Positions 36,352-42,636 of a DNA stretch of 42,636 nt are shown piece by piece. The translations under genes were made by a program, and so were the position numbers. The notes beneath the pieces were generated by a model. The model saw only the letters and a program-made list of their open reading frames with translations, did not search any database and was not told the DNA's origin. Numbering within the stretch: position 1 is the first letter of the stretch; each line of letters begins with the position of its first letter. The DNA is from Candidatus Pacearchaeota archaeon (GTDB lineage: Archaea > Nanobdellota > Nanobdellia > Pacearchaeales > GW2011-AR1): contig JAGVWR010000016.1 in assembly GCA_018304205.1 (NCBI GenBank), forward strand, positions 1-42,636. Reading direction: 5' to 3'.

Positions 36352-36876
36352 TCACTTAGATTTAATTTTACTTGATTTATACAGATAAGATAGGTCTGTA
36401 TAGACTGGTATTCCTTTTATCTTGAATATTTTCACATTAATGAACCATATTAAAACTATAAAGATTGTTGATCCTAAATACCAGGTTACTTTATGGGCAA
36501 AGTCAAAGTATGAAAAGCCATTTGTGAATAAAACAGAGAAGACAAAAATTCTAATTATATTAAGTAAGAGGAATGCGGCAGAGATAAACAAGAGACTATA
36601 TGTTCTTTTATTTAACTTCATTGGTGTCGATAAATTTAGGATAAAAAGCAGGTAATATGCTGCACCAGCAATACATGCATCTATTAAGTATATCGAATTC
36701 CCATTAAATGAAATTATGTTTCCTACTGCTGAATCAATAGTATAAAACAAACTAAGCAAAAACAAAACTGGTTTTACTGTTAAAGGAGTAAATATAAAAT
36801 AGAAGATAAACAAATTAGGCAGAGCAATAATCAATAATATCGAATATCTTATTATTAAATTAACATACATTTTCAT
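36352..36876 (-). CDS. Short archaeosortase/exosortase-family protein
   Basis: 174 aa and polytopic. Ordered Cys-Arg-His contexts: LIDACIAGAAYY, LLLNIIRIFVF (N-x-x-R) and FDFAHKVTWYLG. Confidence 0.65.
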   Translation of the reverse strand: MKMYVNLIIRYSILLIIALPNLFIFYFIFTPLTVKPVLFLLSLFYTIDSAVGNIISFNGNSIYLIDACIAGAAYYLLFILNLSTPMKLNKRTYSLLFISAAFLLLNIIRIFVFSVLFTNGFSYFDFAHKVTWYLGSTIFIVLIWFINVKIFKIKGIPVYTDLSYLYKSSKIKSK

Positions 36877-36917
36877 TAAATGTATAAAATAATAGAGAAT
36901 TTAAAGTTAATTAAAAA

Positions 36918-38606
36918 TCACTTTCTTGATATTCTTACTGCAACAACTATAATCAAGATTATTAATAGAACATTAATTATACCTATTACCCAGATTAATG
37001 TGTTGTCTCCAAGATCAAATGAGAAACCATCTCCACTTGAAGAGTCCGCAGCTTCTATATCAACTACAACTTCTTTTGTTTCTATTTTATCTCCTGATCT
37101 TACCTCAACTATGAATGACTGTTCCCCAGCAGAATCTTCATTTGCGTCAAACGTAAATATAACATCTCTTGATTGTCCTGCTTCAACAGTTAATATTCTG
37201 CTTGAAATAGAGTCTAATGTAGCCCAAGAATCATATCCTTTAGCATCTAAAACAAAACTTTCTGTTTCCTTTCCAATATTTGTTACTTTTGCTTTAACAA
37301 CAACTTGCGATCCTTCTTTAGCTCCTGATTCCAGTGTTGCTGTTACTGAAGATACTCTTCCGCTTGTGCTTCCTGTTCCGCCAGTTGATCCTGTGCCTGC
37401 TTGTGCTTCACAACCAATAACTCTCATCTGGAAAGTTGTAGATTCGTCTGAAGATTGTCTGTAACTTCCTCTATTATAATCATATTCTGCGCCTAGTTCA
37501 AGATTGTAGACTTTATTTTGTGTTCCTTCTGGAATTATAAAGTCAAAGTTAACTGCTTCTTTATCGCCTTGATCTAAGTCGTTTCTTATTTCTCTTTCTA
37601 AGTTCAATTTAAGTTCTGAATTTTCTAATGTAATTTTAACTTGATCTTGATCTTCATCTCCAATATTGAAAACGTCTGTTGATAATCTAACTGTATCTCC
37701 ACATGTTACTTCTTCTGGATTTATTTCCGTATTTTCGAATGCAATAAATCTTCCTTCATCGTTTTCTCTTTCTATATCTAGATCATGATAGAATGTTTGA
37801 TCTAAATCATTTGAAGTGTCTGCACATTCAATGTCTTCTCCAGAATCATCGCTGTAAACTTTAACAGCTAATTTGTAATTTCCATCTTCGAAATCTGCTG
37901 GAACTCTGAATGTGAATGTTACGGTATCATCGTCTCCTTCATTTAAGTCTCCATAATCAAATTGTTCCTCATCAGCGTTCTCAAAATCTAAATCATTAGC
38001 CTGGTTTTTACCAGTTGAATCAATTAATCCTAATTCTACAAAAATATCATTAAGATCGTCATTTCCATTGTTCTCAAAATCAACTTCTATTTCTATTGTG
38101 TCCAAAAGATTCCACGAACTTTCTCTTCCTTCTCCTTGGTTGTCAATATTAATATTTGTTATCTCTAAACTTCCTGTTTCTCCATTTTCACAGAAGCTTT
38201 GGACGAATGTAAGTGTTCTTGTTGCGTTTGCTACACTAACTCCAGTAGATGCATCAACACCAACAGCACTCAATGTTGCTGTGTATGAACCAAACTCAAA
38301 TTCTCCTACAATGCTATTAATTAGTGCCTTTAGAGAGGATGTTCCTGAAACAGCAAAATTATCTACGGCTTGCGGTGTAACCTGCATTAATACTTGATTA
38401 CCTCCACTTACTATATTTGAAACTGATAAGGTTACATTTTGCGCAACTGCATCATTATTTGTTAATGTAACTGTTGCATTATTTGCAGCCATTGTTAAAT
38501 CGTTTGATGGGTTAGATAATGTTAAAGCAGAAGCAAAACTAAGTGATAAAGTTAGTAATGTTAAAATGCTTAAAACGGATAACAATTTCATTGAACTCAT
38601 TTTCAT
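36918..38606 (-). CDS. Acidic secreted surface protein (S-layer-domain/CARDB-like repeats) with C-terminal TM plus basic tail
   Basis: Signal peptide MKMSSMKLLSVLSILTLLTLSLSFASA and beta-rich repeats with N-x-S/T sequons. The tail is ..GDNTLIWVIGIINVLLIILIIVVAVRISRK. Confidence 0.7.
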   Translation of the reverse strand: MKMSSMKLLSVLSILTLLTLSLSFASALTLSNPSNDLTMAANNATVTLTNNDAVAQNVTLSVSNIVSGGNQVLMQVTPQAVDNFAVSGTSSLKALINSIVGEFEFGSYTATLSAVGVDASTGVSVANATRTLTFVQSFCENGETGSLEITNINIDNQGEGRESSWNLLDTIEIEVDFENNGNDDLNDIFVELGLIDSTGKNQANDLDFENADEEQFDYGDLNEGDDDTVTFTFRVPADFEDGNYKLAVKVYSDDSGEDIECADTSNDLDQTFYHDLDIERENDEGRFIAFENTEINPEEVTCGDTVRLSTDVFNIGDEDQDQVKITLENSELKLNLEREIRNDLDQGDKEAVNFDFIIPEGTQNKVYNLELGAEYDYNRGSYRQSSDESTTFQMRVIGCEAQAGTGSTGGTGSTSGRVSSVTATLESGAKEGSQVVVKAKVTNIGKETESFVLDAKGYDSWATLDSISSRILTVEAGQSRDVIFTFDANEDSAGEQSFIVEVRSGDKIETKEVVVDIEAADSSSGDGFSFDLGDNTLIWVIGIINVLLIILIIVVAVRISRK

Positions 38607-38798
38607 GTTGTAACTTTTGAATTACACTACTATTTAAATGTTTCGCTAATCGGTTTATATTATTAATTTTTAGTTAAACTAACTATTATATCAAACTATA
38701 AAAGTTTTTTGTATTCGGTAAAATACAAGGTTTATGATATTAAGAAGATTTAAATAAAACATACTCTTTGAAATGAAATAAATTAAGAGGGAAAAATT

Positions 38799-39161
38799 AT
38801 GCCAATAAAATCAAGAGAAAACTTAATAGCTGCGTGGGCTTTTTTGGCCGGAGTGATACTTGCAGTGCTAGTTGGATTTTTTGCTCAGAAAAGTCCACTT
38901 GTTTTAGGAATTCTTGCGGTGCTTGGACTCGTTGTTGGATATTTCGTTTCTGAAAAAAACGTTCAGACTTTCCTTCTTGCTTCTGTTTCTTTAGTTATTG
39001 TAAGTTTTGCAGGCATTCAGGGCCTTGTACTAAGTGCAGCTATAGGTGGAATAGAATTGGGGAGAATTATTACTTCTATTTTGGGCACATTATTGGTATT
39101 ATTTGTGCCTGCTACTATAATAGTGGCTCTAAAGACGGTTTTTTCTTTGGCAGCAAACTAA
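38799..39161 (+). CDS. Small integral membrane protein (about 4 TM, Gly/Ala/Leu-rich)
   Basis: AAGAGGG Shine-Dalgarno-like sequence upstream; the 120-aa sequence is hydrophobic throughout. Confidence 0.6.
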   Translation: MPIKSRENLIAAWAFLAGVILAVLVGFFAQKSPLVLGILAVLGLVVGYFVSEKNVQTFLLASVSLVIVSFAGIQGLVLSAAIGGIELGRIITSILGTLLVLFVPATIIVALKTVFSLAAN

Positions 39162-39255
39162 CTTTAAGACATACTATATAATAGGACAGGGGTTATTTTA
39201 TGAATGAATTGGATTTCATATAAATGATTAAAAACTGATTTTTTTATTAAATTTT

Positions 39256-40173
39256 ATGTCATCTTCTAAAGTAAGCAATTATTATGATTTAGCGAGAAAG
39301 CTTTTAATTTCTCCCCTAGATTTTGTTAAGAAAACCTTGGAAGAAATTGATCCAATTAATCCTGAAGTTCTTGAGGGCTTCTATAGAGCATATAGACAAG
39401 ATTGGAATCTGAAAATTTCAGGGGTAGATATAGTTGGAACAGGAGGAGATGGAAAAAATATTTTTAATGTTTCAACTGCGGCTTCGTTTGTTTGTGCTGC
39501 TTCTGGTATTCCTGTTGTTAAATTTGGTAATCGTTCTGCAACTTCTTCATCAGGCAGTATGGATGTTTTATCTTGCCTTAATATAAAAAGATCAAAAACT
39601 CCTAGTGAAGCGATGGGTGATTTAGATAATGCTAACTTATCTCTTATTCCAGCCAATGAAGTTTATCCAGCTTTTGCAAGATTTTCTTCTCTACGCAAAA
39701 AAATAAAGAAACCAACAGTTTTCAACTATTTAGGGCCTTTGTTAAACCCTGTTGAAGTCTCTTTGACTGTTCTAGGTGTTTCAAGATTAGAGGCTATAAG
39801 AGCATATACCGAATTTTTTGAGAGAATACAGAAAAAAAGTATTATTTTAACAAGTGATGGATTTGACGAGGCGATCCCATTTCAAGAGAGTATAGTACAT
39901 TCTAGATACAAAGAGAGAAAGATTTTAGCTAGCAAACAGGGAAGCTTAGAGGAATTAACAATTGATACTCCAAGTCAGAGTGCGGAAATTATCATTAACA
40001 TTCTAAACAAAAAAGATAGAAGTATTAGGTACGACTGTGTAGCTTTAAATGCAGGGATTGCTATTGCATATTTCAGGGATGTATCTATTAAGAAAGGTAT
40101 AAAGCTTGCTGAAGAAACTATATATTCCGGAAAGGCATATGAAGTTCTTAGAAAATTACAAGGAACTGATTAG
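39256..40173 (+). CDS. Anthranilate phosphoribosyltransferase-like (glycosyl transferase family 3, TrpD-like)
   Basis: DIVGTGGDGKNIFNVSTAASFVCAASGIPVVKFGNRSATSSSGSMDVLSCL matches the TrpD core, with KFGNR in place of KHGNR. LNAGIAIAY lies near the C-terminus. Confidence 0.7.
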   Translation: MSSSKVSNYYDLARKLLISPLDFVKKTLEEIDPINPEVLEGFYRAYRQDWNLKISGVDIVGTGGDGKNIFNVSTAASFVCAASGIPVVKFGNRSATSSSGSMDVLSCLNIKRSKTPSEAMGDLDNANLSLIPANEVYPAFARFSSLRKKIKKPTVFNYLGPLLNPVEVSLTVLGVSRLEAIRAYTEFFERIQKKSIILTSDGFDEAIPFQESIVHSRYKERKILASKQGSLEELTIDTPSQSAEIIINILNKKDRSIRYDCVALNAGIAIAYFRDVSIKKGIKLAEETIYSGKAYEVLRKLQGTD

Positions 40174-40232
40174 ATGAGTTATTCGTTTTAGATGTGAGAT
40201 AAGTTTATAGCCTAATTTTGGTAGATTAATTT

Positions 40233-40865
40233 ATGACAGAACAGACTTTTGTGGAAAAGCTAAACAAAAAGAATAGAATTAGACAAAGAGCAGAAGAAAT
40301 AAAGCCTTACAGATGTAGATATTTGATTGCAGTTATTGAAAATCCAAAAGATATAAAAAATATTGGAACAGTTATAAGAAATGTGAACGCTCTTGGTGTA
40401 GAAAAAACATACATCATAGATCCTAAGCATGCATTACCGGATAATTGGGAGAAGATGAGAGAGGAAGGACCTATTTTTGGGACATCTGTTTCAGCAGTAA
40501 AATGGAGTTTTGTTAAAAGATTTGACAGTACTGAAGATTGCATTAAACACTTGAAAAAGAATCGTTTTATTTCTATTGTAACATCTTCTCATCTAAAGGG
40601 TAATAAAAATGTAATCTTGCATGAAGGAGATTTTACTAAATATTCTAAACTGGCGGTGTGGTTTGGTAATGAATCCCAAGGCATAAGCGATCTTGCTGTA
40701 AAGAACAGCGATTTGTGTGTGAACATCCCCATGTTTGGTATGATCGAAAGTTTAAATTTAGGAACAACATCTGGAATTGTTTTATATGAAATTACAAAGC
40801 AGAGAAGAGAGTATCAAAGAAAATATAGTCACAAGAATAAGCGAGGAAGAAAGTATATTGCATAA
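40233..40865 (+). CDS. SpoU/TrmH-family RNA 2'-O-methyltransferase
   Basis: NIGTVIRNVNALGV, FGNESQGIS and IPMFGMIESLNLGTTSGIVLYE (SPOUT knot motifs). Confidence 0.85.
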   Translation: MTEQTFVEKLNKKNRIRQRAEEIKPYRCRYLIAVIENPKDIKNIGTVIRNVNALGVEKTYIIDPKHALPDNWEKMREEGPIFGTSVSAVKWSFVKRFDSTEDCIKHLKKNRFISIVTSSHLKGNKNVILHEGDFTKYSKLAVWFGNESQGISDLAVKNSDLCVNIPMFGMIESLNLGTTSGIVLYEITKQRREYQRKYSHKNKRGRKYIA

Positions 40866-40930
40866 ATTCTTCTTAAGACATGGGACAAGATATTCGACAT
40901 ATTTATAAGCCAATTTTTATCTGAATTTAA

Positions 40931-41359
40931 ATGGAACTAAAAGAACCAAAAACACAAGAAGAATTTGAAGGATATTACGATCTTAGGTGGAGAATACTTA
41001 GATATCCATGGAATCAACCTAGAGGGAGCGAGAAAGATAGTTTAGAAGATATGAGTATTCATCTTATTTTAACAGAGGAAGATAAGATTTTAGGTGCTGG
41101 AAGAGTTCATTTTAATTCTAATGACGAAGCTCAAGTGAGATACATGGCTGTGGAAGAGAATCAACAAGGAAAGGGAATAGGCGGAAAGATACTTAGTGGA
41201 CTTGAAGAAAGAGCAAAACAGAGAGGTACAAATTACATTGTACTGAATTCAAGAGATACTGCTGTCCCATTTTACATTAAAAAAGGTTACAGAATAATTG
41301 GCGAAGCACCGACAATGTTTGGAACTATCAAACATAGTAAAATGAGAAAAGATTTGTAA
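40931..41359 (+). CDS. GNAT-family N-acetyltransferase
   Basis: Acetyl-CoA motif A: MAVEENQQGKGIGGKILSGLEERAK. Confidence 0.8.
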   Translation: MELKEPKTQEEFEGYYDLRWRILRYPWNQPRGSEKDSLEDMSIHLILTEEDKILGAGRVHFNSNDEAQVRYMAVEENQQGKGIGGKILSGLEERAKQRGTNYIVLNSRDTAVPFYIKKGYRIIGEAPTMFGTIKHSKMRKDL

Positions 41360-41361
41360 AA

Positions 41362-41748
41362 TTATTGAAGACTACCGTGTATAAAGTCTGACTTTTGCTT
41401 GGTTTCTTGGACTGGTGCTTTATGAATTTCTGCAAATTGTGGTGTAGCAATTATCGTATTTTCTCCAAAACCTGCAATTGAACCTTCAAGAGCATCAACA
41501 GTTTTCTTTATTTTAGCAATTGCTCTCTTAAGTTCTATAACATCTTTTGTTCTAAGGTGCTTAATATCAATTACTGCAATTGTGTATCCTTCTCTTAAAG
41601 AATTCAAAATTTCATTAATATCATCAAATTGTCTGAGGACAAAAGGTTTCACTTTAATTTTAGGATCCTTCACTTTTGCAGATTCAAGATCAATTTCAAG
41701 GTATTCTTCTTCCTCTTTTCCAAAAAGATTTCTTAAGCCAAAAGCCAT
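41362..41748 (-). CDS. sepF: SepF-like cell division protein (DUF552)
   Basis: The N-terminal amphipathic MAFGLRNLFGK is a candidate membrane-targeting sequence. The core VKPFVLRQFDDINEILNSLREGYTIAVIDI..AIAKIK matches archaeal SepF. Confidence 0.75.
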   Translation of the reverse strand: MAFGLRNLFGKEEEEYLEIDLESAKVKDPKIKVKPFVLRQFDDINEILNSLREGYTIAVIDIKHLRTKDVIELKRAIAKIKKTVDALEGSIAGFGENTIIATPQFAEIHKAPVQETKQKSDFIHGSLQ

Positions 41749-41813
41749 GATTTATCTTTAAGTTGGTTAGTATATAAATATTTTGATACTCTTATACTAT
41801 AATTAAGACGGTA

Positions 41814-42161
41814 TTACTCTTTTTTGTTGCTTTTATCGAGTGAAGAAGTTATTTCTTGCCTAAACTCTGAAGCTCTTTTATCGATAATATTTTCTTGTTT
41901 TTCTATTGAAGAAATTCTTAATTCGAACAATTTATTTTTTTCTTCCATCTCTTTTATCAATGATTCTCTTGAAGATTTTATCATTAACCCGGAAATTATT
42001 TTATAAACTTCTTCGCCTGACTTTTTTAACTCGTCTAAAGCATTTTTTACTTCGTTTAGTTCAACTTGAACTGATTGCTTTTGAGCAAAAAGGCTTTGTA
42101 GATTTTGCTCAAGAACCTGTAGCTCCTGTATTTTCTTTGCGGTTGTAGAATTAACATCCAT
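41814..42161 (-). CDS. pfdB: Prefoldin beta subunit
   Basis: 115 aa. Two coiled coils (QELQVLEQNLQSL.. / ..LRISSIEKQENII) flank the hairpin EEVYKIISGLMIK. Confidence 0.8.
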   Translation of the reverse strand: MDVNSTTAKKIQELQVLEQNLQSLFAQKQSVQVELNEVKNALDELKKSGEEVYKIISGLMIKSSRESLIKEMEEKNKLFELRISSIEKQENIIDKRASEFRQEITSSLDKSNKKE

Positions 42162-42162
42162 A

Positions 42163-42300
42163 CTAATTTGCCTTTAATTTAACTGTCTGAGTCCTAGGCT
42201 TGTAAAATATCTTTGAGCCGCAATTTGGACAAACAAATCTTTTCTCTAAGACTTTAGACGAAATTGCTTTTTCGCATTTAAAACATTTGTATTGTGCCAT
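42163..42300 (-). CDS. rpoP: DNA-directed RNA polymerase subunit P (Rpo12)
   Basis: Not in the ORF track (45 aa). MAQYKCFKCEKAISSKVLEKRFVCPNCGSKIFYKPRTQTVKLKAN has the CxxC..CxxC zinc ribbon and the typical position beside rpl37ae. Confidence 0.8.
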   Translation of the reverse strand: MAQYKCFKCEKAISSKVLEKRFVCPNCGSKIFYKPRTQTVKLKAN

Positions 42301-42338
42301 TGTTAAGTATAATTTATTATGATATTTAAAATTACTGT

Positions 42339-42566
42339 TTATTTATTTGCCTCTAAATAGTATGCTGGGCCTGCAAAAACCTTGCCTGTTTTCATACATT
42401 TCCATATTCCTGCTGCAATTCTTTTTACTTTTGCTTTAGCGTAAAATGGTGAAACTTGTCTTTGTCTCTGTAATTCTTCTATTTTATTAAAATTCTTTCT
42501 AGCTCTTGTTCCTATTCCGCCGCTAAATCTTCCTGCTGCCTTTATTTTCTTTGTTTTTGATCCCAT
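42339..42566 (-). CDS. rpl37ae: Ribosomal protein L37Ae (eL43), Cys-poor variant
   Basis: KKIKAAGRFSGGIGTRARK..VKRIAAGIWKC.KTGKVFAGPAY matches eL43. The usual CxxC...CxxC positions read SPFYA and KCMKTG. Confidence 0.8.
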   Translation of the reverse strand: MGSKTKKIKAAGRFSGGIGTRARKNFNKIEELQRQRQVSPFYAKAKVKRIAAGIWKCMKTGKVFAGPAYYLEANK

Positions 42567-42636
42567 TTTATTAAAATATATAAATTTAGTTGATATCTAT
42601 AACTTTGAAAACGAGCTTTTTAAATTATTCTATTCG

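Noticed and set aside
36880-37464. 194-aa plus-strand ORF, together with 38068-38397, opposite the 562-aa surface protein gene. The similar antisense ORFs 31482-31871 and 32970-33329 lie opposite the S-layer gene.
   Set aside because: Ser/Thr/Ala/Val-rich genes keep their antisense frames open. The sense genes have signal peptides, Shine-Dalgarno sequences or promoters, and a sensible domain logic.
2492-42148. Many 60-130-aa ORFs in the track lie antisense to or inside longer genes. Examples are 2492-2719, 2741-3115, 4725-4907, 5172-5396, 6506-6739, 8603-8866, 15810-16124, 17192-17564, 23481-23726, 26792-27076, 28308-28520, 32418-32633, 39381-39656, 40307-40543 and 41824-42148.
   Set aside because: Each is fully embedded in a longer ORF that has clear family motifs. 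Their products are low-complexity (S/L/F/I-rich), as expected for shadow frames in AT-rich DNA.
1-42636. CRISPR arrays, rRNA or tRNA genes, transposases, integrases or toxin-antitoxin pairs.
   Set aside because: I saw no regularly spaced repeats, no cloverleaf-compatible GC-rich segment in the intergenic gaps, and no ORF with recombinase or nuclease motifs. Scanning was by eye only, so a covariance-model scan with tRNAscan or Infernal should confirm this.

Overview
AT-rich (roughly 30% GC by eye) archaeal chromosome segment. Archaeal markers are AglB/STT3 with WWDYG, prefoldin alpha and beta, RpoP, ribosomal protein L37Ae, RNase P Pop5, archaeal RNase J, SepF and leaderless BRE/TATA promoters. 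Small proteins, dense packing and ATGA-coupled genes suggest a DPANN-type (Pacearchaeota/Woesearchaeota-like) lineage, but that is inference. About 70% of the window encodes cell-envelope functions. (i) 0.5-17.8 kb is a large N-glycosylation/glycan island: AglH-like initiating transferase, Wzx-like flippase, AglB, four GT2, GT4, GT9, two extra GT-C/PMT-ArnT-like enzymes, an SDR epimerase and a methyltransferase. (ii) 25.6-33.4 kb holds a bacterial-type PilB/GspE ATPase divergent from four prepilin-like genes with K-K-G-Q class III signal peptides, then a wHTH regulator and the S-layer gene. (iii) 34.4-39.2 kb holds membrane-anchored proteins, DedA, a short archaeosortase-like protein and an adjacent surface protein with a C-terminal sorting-signal-like tail. 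Housekeeping genes fill the rest. Things worth follow-up: the chimeric filament locus; the archaeosortase/substrate pair; a conserved 5' leader shared by two genes, one copy carrying a 53-nt structured insert; a GC-richer orphan gene bracketed by 17-bp direct repeats whose stop codon sits in a pure-GC hairpin; an S51 peptidase gene interrupted by an in-frame TGA; a domain-truncated aIF5A-like protein; and a Cys-poor L37Ae. I recognised no rRNA, tRNA, CRISPR array, transposase or integrase.
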